Positions 1-9,068 of a stretch of 15,776 nucleotides of DNA are shown here, piece by piece (position 1 is the stretch's first letter; every line of letters begins with the position of its first letter). A program made the translations under genes and the position numbers. The notes below the pieces were generated by a model that saw nothing but the letters and a program-made list of their open reading frames with translations, did not search any database and was not told the origin of the DNA. Origin of the DNA: Elainellaceae cyanobacterium (GTDB lineage: Bacteria > Cyanobacteriota > Cyanobacteriia > CAZCXK01); NCBI GenBank assembly GCA_051117555.1, contig JBNPEG010000016.1, positions 67,315 through 83,090 on the forward strand, in the 5' to 3' direction.

Positions 1-1812
1 ACGTTTCCACCGAGGCGGAATCTTAATGCGAATGAGCTGATAAGACCCGGCTTCATCCAAGACTTGAATTTGTCGAGGACGCAAGGGAGCCTCTTGAATT
101 TCTTGGGGATGTCCTAGCATCAGCGCAGATTGGGCGGTGGTTTCAGATGCACCCTCACGGATATGCTCGACGGCGCGCTTAGGGTTAGATCGATAGGTAA
201 CGGGGCTCTGAGAATAAAAGACGACGCTGGGTTTTTCAAAGCCAATCATGAGAATTTCTTCGTCGGGCGCTTGCACGCGCATAATCGTTTGTGATAGCTG
301 GCGGAGGGGACGCTGCCGCTGAGAATCGCTGATGACTGCCGCAGGCATCAGAACAAGGACGAAAAAGGCGACAAACCCCACCAGACTAACGCTCCATAGC
401 CAGTGCCCGCGCCTGCGAATCAGCAGCAGTGCGCTCAACAGGGCGACGCTCGTCCAAATCAGACTGCCCCAAACTAAGACCCGGGATTCGTAGAGGAGAT
501 CTCGAAAATCATTCATTGCTGGGTCACGACCTATCCAGTTTGGGCTGTAGACCACAATGCCCGCCAGCAGCAAGCAAAAGACAATCTGAACAAGGCTGCT
601 AATCCAGACGCCTCGACTCATCTGTCGCAGATTGATCTGTTCGCTCCACAAGAGAGCAATCAAGATGGCAGCAGCGGGCAAGAGCGGCAGCACATAGCTA
701 GGGAGTTTAGTTGCTGCAATCGAAAAAAATCCAAAAATAACGATAAACCACGCGAGCGCAAATACGGTGAGGTGGGCTGGCCGGGGCTGTAGTTGCCAGT
801 GTTGCCGTTCCCAGAAGCGAGTCCGAGCGATCGCCGCTGGCAGATAAATTGACCAGGGAATAAACCCGACTAAGACAACGAGAAAATAAAAATACCAGGG
901 AGCGGCATGGTGATTGACGACGCTCGTAAACCGCTCGAAGTTGTGATATCCAAAAAAGTCATCGATGTAATTTTGACCATTTTGCCAAATTACCGCGATA
1001 TACCAGGGCAGAGTAATGACTAAAAACACCGCTGCACCTCGAAGCAGCCGAATTTCTTGCAGGACTTGCCAGAGGTTGCCCATGTAGGCCAAAAACGCGC
1101 CGATAATCAGCACGGGCAGCACAACACCAACTGGTCCTTTTGTCAGGACTGCCAGAGCGCTGAAGACATAAAACGCCATATACCAGCGCTGGGCGGACGG
1201 GCGATCGCCACTGGCATAGCCCCAAAAGAATGACAGCAAGGCTGCGCCCATACATGCGCTAAGAAGCATGTCAGATACCCCGCTGCGCCCCCAGACAATC
1301 GTTTGGATATTCAGGGCGATCGCCGCCGCGCCAATCCATGCAGATACCCAGAGCCGAGCATCCTGTTGATAGTCTTGTTGGTCTTCATTAACCCCTCGAT
1401 TGACCGAAGGCACTTCTCCTGGAGTTGGAAATCCAAAGAATCGCAGCGTATAAAACCCAAATGCAGTCAGGGCGATCGCTGAAAGAGCCGATGGTAGGCG
1501 TGCCGCAAATTCATTAACGCCAAATAGACGATAGGCGATCGCCATCAGCCAATAGATTAAGGGCGGTTTGTCAAAACGAGTCTCTTCATTGAAGTATGGA
1601 GTGATCCAATCGCCTGTTATAGTCATTTGGCGAGCCGCTTCAGCAAAGAGCGGTTCTGTCTCATCAACCAGACCGATTTCTCCCAAATTCCAAATAAATG
1701 CTAGCCAGCCAATGGCAAGAATCCACACAACTGACAAGGCCCATGCAACTGCACGCTGCTTTTTGAAGGGACGGAGAAGTTGCTGAATCAATTGATTGGC
1801 TTTGGCGTCCAT
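1..1812 (-). CDS. Glycosyltransferase family 39 / ArnT-like (PMT_2) membrane glycosyltransferase, 3'-truncated by the window edge
   Basis: Absent from the ORF track, presumably because there is no stop codon inside the window. Manual translation from ATG at 1812 (GGAG upstream) gives MDAKANQLIQQ...WNLGEIGLVDETEPLFAEAARQMTITGDWITPYFNEETRFDKPPLIYWLMAIAYRLFGVNEFAARLPSAL. The DE, RFDKPPL and AARLPS motifs are typical of ArnT/GT39. The same frame reads ...YQLIRIKIPPRWKR at position 1. Confidence 0.9.
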   Translation of the reverse strand, partial: MDAKANQLIQQLLRPFKKQRAVAWALSVVWILAIGWLAFIWNLGEIGLVDETEPLFAEAARQMTITGDWITPYFNEETRFDKPPLIYWLMAIAYRLFGVNEFAARLPSALSAIALTAFGFYTLRFFGFPTPGEVPSVNRGVNEDQQDYQQDARLWVSAWIGAAAIALNIQTIVWGRSGVSDMLLSACMGAALLSFFWGYASGDRPSAQRWYMAFYVFSALAVLTKGPVGVVLPVLIIGAFLAYMGNLWQVLQEIRLLRGAAVFLVITLPWYIAVIWQNGQNYIDDFFGYHNFERFTSVVNHHAAPWYFYFLVVLVGFIPWSIYLPAAIARTRFWERQHWQLQPRPAHLTVFALAWFIVIFGFFSIAATKLPSYVLPLLPAAAILIALLWSEQINLRQMSRGVWISSLVQIVFCLLLAGIVVYSPNWIGRDPAMNDFRDLLYESRVLVWGSLIWTSVALLSALLLIRRRGHWLWSVSLVGFVAFFVLVLMPAAVISDSQRQRPLRQLSQTIMRVQAPDEEILMIGFEKPSVVFYSQSPVTYRSNPKRAVEHIREGASETTAQSALMLGHPQEIQEAPLRPRQIQVLDEAGSYQLIRIKIPPRWKR

Positions 1813-1942
1813 CGAATCTCCACTCTTCTGGCTTTTGTAACCTAACGGATCGGTCGGCTAGGCTCACACTCAGACCCTACTTTAACCGGAAACCCATACA
1901 TTTCGGCATCCGAATGGGATTGCAATTTTATGCGTATCCTCG

Positions 1943-2650
1943 TCAGGGTTGGAGGATAAGCTGCCATTCTTGTGTTTCTGAATTCCAAGTAGGCATTGCG
2001 GTCTTGCCAACGACGTAAGGCCCCCAATAGCGGCGTGAACCGTCTTGCGCAAAAGCCGTCAGAATATCCCCCCCGTGAAGTTGCAGATCACCGTCGGGCA
2101 ACGAAAGAAGTAGCCCTTTAGCACTGCCTTCCTCCGGGGCAAAATCCCAATGAACGGGCTCTTCATAAGGAGGGGCCGTCTCGTCAGCGGGAGTCTCCGA
2201 TGACTGCGTTTGATTATCAATTTCCGTTGATTGGGGTAAGAGCGCAATTCGAACAGGATGAATCGTCTGATTGCTGACCCGAAGAGTGCCTTGGGGAACC
2301 GCATCTGGCGAAAATGCTGACGGTTGAGACGCGAGTGGTGTTTCTATGTTTTGAGGTGGCAACGAGTTTGATGGAGAAACGGTCGGAGATGGCAGTGGAG
2401 TCGGCTCAACAGAGGGCGACGAGTTAATATCGCCGTCGACTGGGATAGAATCCTGAGTTGATTGAGGAGACACCCATAGGCTAGATCGGATCACAAAAAA
2501 TCCAAGCAAGCCTAACGCCAAGACTCCTCCTAAAATTCCGGCAAGCCAATACCGAAACGTTTCGCCTTTCGTCGTATCTTTGGTCAACTGACCCCGCCCC
2601 CTGACATGTTCTTCTATCTTTAATGTAGTGAGGAACCTACGAATGATCAC
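1943..2650 (-). CDS. Conserved cyanobacterial hypothetical protein (single TM segment, Pro/Ser-rich linker, C-terminal globular domain)
   Basis: 235-aa ORF with one hydrophobic helix (WLAGILGGVLALGLLGFFVI), a P/S/T-rich linker and a C-terminal HWDFAPEEGS...AFAQDGSRRYWGPYVVG block. The start is uncertain; an in-frame TTG at 2587 after a G-rich stretch is an alternative. Confidence 0.8.
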   Translation of the reverse strand: MIIRRFLTTLKIEEHVRGRGQLTKDTTKGETFRYWLAGILGGVLALGLLGFFVIRSSLWVSPQSTQDSIPVDGDINSSPSVEPTPLPSPTVSPSNSLPPQNIETPLASQPSAFSPDAVPQGTLRVSNQTIHPVRIALLPQSTEIDNQTQSSETPADETAPPYEEPVHWDFAPEEGSAKGLLLSLPDGDLQLHGGDILTAFAQDGSRRYWGPYVVGKTAMPTWNSETQEWQLILQP

Positions 2651-2739
2651 GAAAAGGTGTGATTTGAGATACTCTAATGGGTGAAATCATACGATTAATT
2701 AAACCGTAACTAGCGCGAACCAGGGAGTCGTCGGACGTC

Positions 2740-3096
2740 GTGCAGAACACTCGCTTAAACAGCCTCATCACAGTCTCGTCAGATCGCCTGATCCAATGGT
2801 TACGCAATCCGTGGCGTCGCATTTCGCTCTTGATTATTAGCTTGCTGTTTGGCAATTTCCTGGCGACAGTAATCGCGACGACAACCGGACAGACGGCTGA
2901 TTGGGATGTATTCGTTGCCTTAATTCTAGTCGGGTTTACAGAACTCAGTAACTGGTTTTTCTATGGTCGGGCTCAGCGACGTCGCGACCCGAACCGTGGG
3001 CTTCAATCGCGATCGCTCATTGTAGAGCTATTAAATGGAGTCAAACTCGGACTGCTCTATGGCTTATTTGTCGAGGCATTCAAACTAGGGAGCTGA
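2740..3096 (+). CDS. ycf20: Ycf20 / DUF565 family membrane protein
   Basis: GTG start. MQNTRL...NPWRR...WDV...GLFVEAFKLGS, with three hydrophobic segments and the C-terminal FKLGS signature of Ycf20. Confidence 0.88.
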   Translation: MQNTRLNSLITVSSDRLIQWLRNPWRRISLLIISLLFGNFLATVIATTTGQTADWDVFVALILVGFTELSNWFFYGRAQRRRDPNRGLQSRSLIVELLNGVKLGLLYGLFVEAFKLGS

Positions 3097-3103
3097 TACA
3101 ACC

Positions 3104-4180
3104 ATGACGGATCGGCAATGGGCTGGGCTCAATCAGCTTTTAGAGGCTTGTGTATCCGGAACGGCATTAACCGGGACAGAGTTACGGCAGCTTGAGGAGC
3201 TAACGTTGAGCGATCGCCATGCCTGCCACGCCTTTTTTGACTCTAAAAACGCCAGTCAAGCCATCCAAGCCCGATTAGACCTGTTGCAAGATCTGTTCCC
3301 CCAGCTTGATGAATCTTGCGGTGCGACGCTGGGCTGGTCAACGATGCCGCTGCATACCTGCTGGCGTTTGTGGTTACCCCTTGCTATGCAGCTTGCTGAG
3401 GCGTATCGACAGTTGGGGCGTCCGCTCGTCCAAGGAATTTTAGGAGGGCAGGGAACGGGCAAAACGACTCTCACAACCCTTCTGTCGCTTATTCTCAATC
3501 ATCTGGGGTATTGTGTTTGCGGCATTTCAATTGATGATATTTACAAAACCTATGCCGATCGGCTTAAACTCCAGGCTGAGGATGCCCGGCTGAAATGGCG
3601 AGGTCCGCCAGGCACCCACGATATTGACTTGGGAATTGAGGTGCTTCGACAATTGCGGACTGCTACACCCGACGAAGCGATCAAAGTTCCTCGCTTTGAT
3701 AAGTCAGCTCATCAAGGCGCGGGCGATCGCACCGATCCTGACATTGTTAGCGGCATTGATATCGTTTTGTTTGAGGGCTGGTTTGTGGGAGAACGTCCCC
3801 TCGATCCGGCCACATTTGATCAGGCTCCGTCTCCGATTGACACCGATGCCGATCGCGCGTTTGCGCGAGACATGAATGAACGCTTGCATGATTACTTACC
3901 GCTTTGGCAAGAACTCGATCGCCTGTTAGTGCTGTACCCCACAGACTATCGCCTGAGCCAAACCTGGCGACAAGATGCCGAACGGCAGATGAAAGCATCC
4001 GGCAAATCAGGTATGAGTGACGAGGACATTCAGCAATTTGTCACATACTTCTGGAGAGCGCTACATCCCGAGTTATTTATCCCCCCTTTACTAGAGGATG
4101 CCCATCATGTGGATTTAGTCGTTGAGGTTCATCCTGACCACACTCCCGGAAAGGTCTACTGTCCGTCTACTGTCCGGTAG
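3104..4180 (+). CDS. D-glycerate 3-kinase (plant/cyanobacterial GLYK type, P-loop kinase)
   Basis: Walker A GGQGTGKT, SIDDIY, RGPPGTHD, PRFDKS..G.GDR and LFEGWFVG motifs. Starts 7 nt after ycf20, so probably co-transcribed. Confidence 0.88.
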   Translation: MTDRQWAGLNQLLEACVSGTALTGTELRQLEELTLSDRHACHAFFDSKNASQAIQARLDLLQDLFPQLDESCGATLGWSTMPLHTCWRLWLPLAMQLAEAYRQLGRPLVQGILGGQGTGKTTLTTLLSLILNHLGYCVCGISIDDIYKTYADRLKLQAEDARLKWRGPPGTHDIDLGIEVLRQLRTATPDEAIKVPRFDKSAHQGAGDRTDPDIVSGIDIVLFEGWFVGERPLDPATFDQAPSPIDTDADRAFARDMNERLHDYLPLWQELDRLLVLYPTDYRLSQTWRQDAERQMKASGKSGMSDEDIQQFVTYFWRALHPELFIPPLLEDAHHVDLVVEVHPDHTPGKVYCPSTVR

Positions 4181-4860
4181 GGCCGCCTCGACGAAGCACC
4201 CTGAGTCGAGCCCTGAGAGCCGCGATGCGACACATTTTGAAGCAGCGTCTGAGTGCGGCGGGTGATGAGTTCCCAGTCGCGAGTGGCGATCGCCTGGTTA
4301 GGAAAAAGCTGGCTTGATAACCCCACCGCGATCGCACCCGCTTCGATAAACTGTCCTGCGTTTTGAATGGTGACTCCTCCGGTTGGAATCATCGGAATAT
4401 GCCCCAGAGGTCCTTGTAAGCTGCGAATATAATTGACCCCACCGACGGCCTCCACCGGAAAAATTTTGACGCTCGGCGCGCCTGCTTGCCAGGCCGTTAC
4501 AATTTCTGTCGGTGAAAACGCTCCTGGAATAATCGGAATATTTTGGCTCGCTGCTCGATCAATTAAAGCGGTATTGACGTGGGGAGTAAAGACAAACTGC
4601 GCCCCAGAGGCGATCGCCTCGTCGAGGTGCTCCAGGGTCAAAATAGTGCCAGCGCCAATCGTGCAGTAGGGCAATTCATTGCGGAGTTGCTGAATCTGAG
4701 ACGCCGCTGATGCGCTGTTCCAGGTAATTTCAATCAGTTTCATCCCGGCTTTGGCGACCGCTTTTGCCATCTTTATCCCAACGACATCATGGGTAGACCG
4801 AATGACGGCGATCGCCCGGTGTTGGGTGAGTAGAGATATCCAAGAGGTGGAGGTAACCAT
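4156..4860 (-). CDS. eda: Bifunctional KHG/KDPG aldolase
   Basis: AIAVIR, IEIT, IGAGT, GAQFVFTP, PGAFSPTE, Schiff-base Lys in VKIFP, and PTGGV motifs of the class I KDPG aldolase family. Confidence 0.92.
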   Translation of the reverse strand: MVTSTSWISLLTQHRAIAVIRSTHDVVGIKMAKAVAKAGMKLIEITWNSASAASQIQQLRNELPYCTIGAGTILTLEHLDEAIASGAQFVFTPHVNTALIDRAASQNIPIIPGAFSPTEIVTAWQAGAPSVKIFPVEAVGGVNYIRSLQGPLGHIPMIPTGGVTIQNAGQFIEAGAIAVGLSSQLFPNQAIATRDWELITRRTQTLLQNVSHRGSQGSTQGASSRRPYRTVDGQ

Positions 4861-4899
4861 ATAAACGATTCAAGCCAAGGAACGCGAAAAAGTAAATAG

Positions 4900-4926
4900 A
4901 ACAAAAGGGGCGCTCAATGCGCCCCT
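4900..4926 (-). terminator. Rho-independent terminator downstream of ftsH3
   Basis: On the minus strand, AGGGGCGC-ATTGA-GCGCCCCT forms a perfect 8-bp stem (4906-4913 / 4919-4926) followed by TTTGTT, about 50 nt after the ftsH stop. Confidence 0.75.
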
Positions 4927-4974
4927 CGAAGCCTAGATGTCAAAAATCTAGTGATGTTGGATTTGGGAACGATG

Positions 4975-6813
4975 CTAGGCGATCGCTGCCACCTTCACAT
5001 CGTTGGTGGCCAAAAGCTCTTGCAACTCTTCTGCATCAACCGTTTCTCTCTCAATGAGAACGCCTGCAAGCTGATCAAGAACATGACGGTTTTCTGTCAA
5101 TACCGCCTTGGCACGGCGATAGGCTTGTTCAACCAGGTTGCGAACTTCATCATCAACCGTGGCAGCCGTCTCTTCAGAGAAATCACGCTCTGACGCAATA
5201 TCTCTGCCTAGAAACATATTGCCCTGCTGACGACCTAAGGCGACAGGCCCCAGGCGATCGCTCATGCCAAATCGCATAATCATCTGCCGGGCAACTCGCG
5301 CAACTTGCTGCAGGTCATTAGATGCTCCGGTGGTCACTTCTTCTTCACCAAAGATAATCTCTTCAGCAATTCGACCCCCTAGGGCAACCGCCATCTGATT
5401 TTGCAAATAGGAGCGAGAGTAAAGCCCAGAATCCATCCGGTCTTCGCTAGGAGTAAACCAGGTCAAACCGCCTGCGCGACCGCGAGGAATAATGCTAATT
5501 TTCTGCACGGGGTCATAATCAGGCATCAACGCCCCCACGAGGGCATGTCCTGCTTCGTGATAGGCCACAAGCTGCTTGCGCTTCTCACTCATGACTCGAT
5601 CCTTCTTCTCTGGACCTGCCAAAACCCGGTCAATCGCGTCATTGACTTCATCCATCGAAATTTCGGTCAAATTTCGACGAGCTGCCAAAATTGCCGCCTC
5701 GTTTAGAAGGTTTGACAAATCAGCGCCGGTAAAGCCGGGCGTCCGACGTGCGATTTTCTCTAAATCGACATCTTTAGAGAGAGTTTTGCCACGGGCGTGA
5801 ACATTGAGGATCTCGAAGCGTCCAGCATAGTCTGGGCGATCGACGACCACCTGACGATCAAATCGACCTGGACGAAGAAGCGCGGCATCGAGTACATCAG
5901 GACGGTTGGTGGCCGCGATGATAATGATGCCTGTATTTCCCTCGAATCCATCCATCTCTGTCAAGAGCTGGTTGAGGGTCTGCTCACGCTCATCGTTGCC
6001 GCCGCCAAGACCAGCGCCCCGCTGGCGACCAACGGCGTCAATCTCGTCGATAAACACGATACAAGGAGCATTTGACTTCGCTTGCTCGAATAGATCGCGG
6101 ACGCGAGATGCGCCTACACCGACAAACATTTCGACAAACTCCGACCCTGAAATCGAGAAGAACGGAACTCCCGCTTCACCTGCAACCGCACGAGCAAGCA
6201 GAGTTTTACCCGTTCCAGGAGGACCCACAAGCAGCACGCCCTTAGGAATTTTGGCTCCGATGGCGGTGAAACGATCGGCGTTCTTCAGGAAATCCACAAC
6301 TTCGGCAAGTTCGAGCTTAGCCTGCTCAATTCCGGCAACATCCCCAAATGTTACCTGCGTCTGAGGTTCCATTTGAACTCTGGCTTTCGACTTGCCAAAA
6401 TTCATGGCCTGACTACCTGGACCACTCTGCGCTCGTCGTAAGACAAAAAACAGAACAACGAGCAATAAAAACGGGATGAGCAGGGTACTCAATACCCGAA
6501 CGATCACATTGTCGTCAGTCTGCGGGGTGACTGCAATATCGACATTATGCTCTTGCAAAATATTCAGCAGGTCAGGGTCGTTTGGCAAGTTGACTGCAAT
6601 CTTTTCGCCATCCTGTGCCGTCACTAGAGCTTTCGAGCGATCAGCGCTGAGGCTGACCTTCTCAACTCGATTCTGCTGAACTTCTTGAACGAATTGGCTG
6701 TAGCGCCACTGAGAACGATTTTGAGGCTGCCGCTCCAGTAGGGCTGTTGCTAAAAACACAACCACTACGACGAGAAGAGCGTACAGTCCTGCATTTCTCC
6801 ACCGTTTATTCAC
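4975..6813 (-). CDS. ftsH3: ATP-dependent zinc metalloprotease FtsH (cyanobacterial FtsH3 type)
   Basis: GTG start with a GGAGG RBS. Two TM helices, Walker A GPPGTGKT, Walker [12 protein letters not shown] ([20 protein letters not shown]) and HEAGH zinc motif. The N-terminus [13 protein letters not shown] is characteristic of FtsH3. Confidence 0.96.
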   Translation of the reverse strand: MNKRWRNAGLYALLVVVVVFLATALLERQPQNRSQWRYSQFVQEVQQNRVEKVSLSADRSKALVTAQDGEKIAVNLPNDPDLLNILQEHNVDIAVTPQTDDNVIVRVLSTLLIPFLLLVVLFFVLRRAQSGPGSQAMNFGKSKARVQMEPQTQVTFGDVAGIEQAKLELAEVVDFLKNADRFTAIGAKIPKGVLLVGPPGTGKTLLARAVAGEAGVPFFSISGSEFVEMFVGVGASRVRDLFEQAKSNAPCIVFIDEIDAVGRQRGAGLGGGNDEREQTLNQLLTEMDGFEGNTGIIIIAATNRPDVLDAALLRPGRFDRQVVVDRPDYAGRFEILNVHARGKTLSKDVDLEKIARRTPGFTGADLSNLLNEAAILAARRNLTEISMDEVNDAIDRVLAGPEKKDRVMSEKRKQLVAYHEAGHALVGALMPDYDPVQKISIIPRGRAGGLTWFTPSEDRMDSGLYSRSYLQNQMAVALGGRIAEEIIFGEEEVTTGASNDLQQVARVARQMIMRFGMSDRLGPVALGRQQGNMFLGRDIASERDFSEETAATVDDEVRNLVEQAYRRAKAVLTENRHVLDQLAGVLIERETVDAEELQELLATNDVKVAAIA

Positions 6814-6847
6814 CGAGAAAAATCCTCCTGAATTTCGAGTTTGAGGA

Positions 6848-6890
6848 CATTTATAATGCGTCTTGTTGTAATTGTTAACTAATATTAACG
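6848..6890 (-). promoter_or_regulatory. Putative ftsH3 promoter region with an HLR1(RpaB)-like direct repeat
   Basis: The minus strand reads GTTAATAT-TA-GTTAACAA-TTACAAC (10-nt-period repeat resembling the HLR1 element), then an AT-rich -10-like CATTATAAAT, 35-75 nt upstream of the start codon. The match to consensus is imperfect. Confidence 0.35.
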
Positions 6891-7103
6891 CATCTCAGAA
6901 ACCTTTAGAAGGGTGTACCCCCGTCAGAGCGGAATCAAGTGCGCTCGGCGGATGGGCATAATCCACGAATATCAATGAATTCGGTATTCTTTTGATGTAA
7001 GCGAATATCTTTATTCTGCCATCTGACTTTTGAAATGACTCGTCGTTGGGGCATATTCTGAAAATTTATTACTTCTGAGGACGAAGCTCCACTACCTATA
7101 TCT

Positions 7104-8933
7104 TTAAAAGGGGGTGTAGGTAACTGAAAAATAAAATCCATTTTCTTGAAGACTATCGCCGTCTCGATCAACGTCTACTAAGGGAAGTCCGTAGTCGAGT
7201 CGAATACTAAGGCGATCGCCCTGCTGCCAGAGTAGGCCAACTCCCAACGCTGCCAGTGTTGCTGGATCAGGATCAGGCGCGTCCAAATTCCAGCCTCGCC
7301 CTACATCTATAAACGGCGCGATTTGGAAGATGCCGTCAATGCGTCGAGCCCGCACGAGAGGCAATCGGGCTTCAGTTGAAAATAAAAGACCGTTATCGGT
7401 CAGCAGTTCATCTTGACGATAGGCGCGAACGGTTTGCTGACCGCCCAATCCAAACTGCTCTAGGGGCACTAATGGACCATCCGCCAACTGGAGATCGCCC
7501 CGCACGAGCAACAGCGTGTCTGGAGCCAGCAGCCGCACCCACTGCGCCTGACCTCGCCATGCAAAGAAGCGGCTATCAGGGCCGTTTTCATTAATGGTTG
7601 AATTGAAGGCGTCAAACCCAATGCTGAATTGCGATCGCGCTGCGATGACCTGACGACGACCTTGCTGGGTCCATTCTTGAGCAAATCGCAGGGCTGAAAT
7701 GCGGGTGCGCCCCTCTTCATCAGCGCCCATTGACGGGAATGGAATCGGTTCGCCCAATATCTCTTCTAGAAACTCGCTTTCGCTCTCTCGGCGGGATGCC
7801 GTTAGACTAAGCGCCAATTCTCGCGTTGGAGTTTCAATCACCGGTTGGCGCACCGTAAATTCATAAAACCGCGACTCAGATTGAATGTCTAGAAAATTAA
7901 ACGGATCTTCAATCACTTCGCTATCGGTTGTCCCATAACTAAAGGCAACCGTACCGTTTCGCGGATTTACGGGCATCGTATAACTCAAATCGAGGGTATC
8001 GCTCCCATCTGTATTGCGGTATCCGACGCTGAGTTCATCGCCTAGACCCAATAGATTGGCGTGAGTCGCTTGAACGCCGCGTCTAAAACTGCCCACACTG
8101 GGCGATCGCCCATTATCTAACACGATATCTACGTCAAATGCATCGGCTTGCACGACATCCACATCAAGGATGCTCGTTCCGGGGCGTGCCCCCGCCGCCA
8201 GCTCTGCGGAAATCGTTTGCACTAGTGGGTCAAGCTGGAGAAGCTGCAAGCCTTCCAGCAAGCGATCTACGTTGAGAGGAGGTCTAGAAAATCGCCGGAG
8301 TCGGCTTCTCACATATCCGGGGATGAGACGCCCCTCAACGCTGACATCAATGTCTTCGAGCCGTCCTTCGATGACTTGAATGATTACAACGCCTGAATCT
8401 AGAACCTGGGGCGGAATGAACGCCCCCGATGTGATGTAGCCCCGATCGGTGTAATACTGCGTGACTGCTGACCGAGCCTGGAGTAACTGGGCAAAGCTCA
8501 ACGACTGATTAATCATAGGATCTGAGCCGTCCACCTCGGCGGGGGCTGCCGGGGTTTCGATCACGGCACGCTTAGCGACCTCAGCCAATAGGTCAGGGTT
8601 AAAAATGGTGCTGCCTTCGACCTGAAATCGCTCCACCAGAATCGTATCTGGAACCTCACCAGGCACCGTTTCAGGTGACTCGTCGGAAGGTTCGGGAGGG
8701 CGAAGCAATTCCTCTGGAGGGGGGAGGGGCCGGGGGGCGTCGGGTTCGGGGAGAGGCTCGGTAGAGGGGGGCTCCGCCACCTGAGCAAGTTCTGTCTGGG
8801 CTTGAGCCGGATAGCTCCAGAATGGATTCATACCGATGCCCACGGCAATGGTGATGGCGTGGAGATGAAATGAATTCAGGGTGAGCGTCATGGGATGAAA
8901 ACCGGACGTGTGGGAATTTATTCGGATGCACAA
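7104..8933 (-). CDS. ShlB/FhaC/HecB (TpsB) family outer-membrane secretion/activation protein
   Basis: Signal-like N-terminus ending AQA, Pro-rich linker, POTRA region (YYTDRGYITSGA...IQVIEG), beta-barrel with a VRAY (VRGY-type) motif and a C-terminal Phe. The start may be the in-frame ATG at 8891. Confidence 0.92.
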   Translation of the reverse strand: MCIRINSHTSGFHPMTLTLNSFHLHAITIAVGIGMNPFWSYPAQAQTELAQVAEPPSTEPLPEPDAPRPLPPPEELLRPPEPSDESPETVPGEVPDTILVERFQVEGSTIFNPDLLAEVAKRAVIETPAAPAEVDGSDPMINQSLSFAQLLQARSAVTQYYTDRGYITSGAFIPPQVLDSGVVIIQVIEGRLEDIDVSVEGRLIPGYVRSRLRRFSRPPLNVDRLLEGLQLLQLDPLVQTISAELAAGARPGTSILDVDVVQADAFDVDIVLDNGRSPSVGSFRRGVQATHANLLGLGDELSVGYRNTDGSDTLDLSYTMPVNPRNGTVAFSYGTTDSEVIEDPFNFLDIQSESRFYEFTVRQPVIETPTRELALSLTASRRESESEFLEEILGEPIPFPSMGADEEGRTRISALRFAQEWTQQGRRQVIAARSQFSIGFDAFNSTINENGPDSRFFAWRGQAQWVRLLAPDTLLLVRGDLQLADGPLVPLEQFGLGGQQTVRAYRQDELLTDNGLLFSTEARLPLVRARRIDGIFQIAPFIDVGRGWNLDAPDPDPATLAALGVGLLWQQGDRLSIRLDYGLPLVDVDRDGDSLQENGFYFSVTYTPF

Positions 8934-9015
8934 AATTAGCTTACTTGCCGAGCGACACGATAAGCGGTGGACATCGATGATAATTTTCTCACACGAAAAA
9001 TCAGACGTTCGTCGT

Positions 9016-9050
9016 TGGGTCTGCGTTCGCTGATGGGTCTGCGTTCGCTG
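9016..9050. repeat. Short direct tandem repeat, 18-bp period, 2 copies
   Basis: TGGGTCTGCGTTCGCTG at 9016-9032 and 9034-9050, in the intergenic region between the serine hydrolase and tpsB. Confidence 0.85.
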
Positions 9051-9068
9051 TTGGATTAGGCAGACAGC

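Noticed and set aside
3256..6679. Numerous short antisense or alternate-frame ORFs inside glycerate kinase, eda and ftsH3
   Set aside because: Shadow ORFs of well-supported genes with no independent evidence.
6935..7171. 78-aa ORF between tpsB and ftsH3
   Set aside because: It overlaps the tpsB 3' end in another frame, is AT-rich, and has no RBS or motif.
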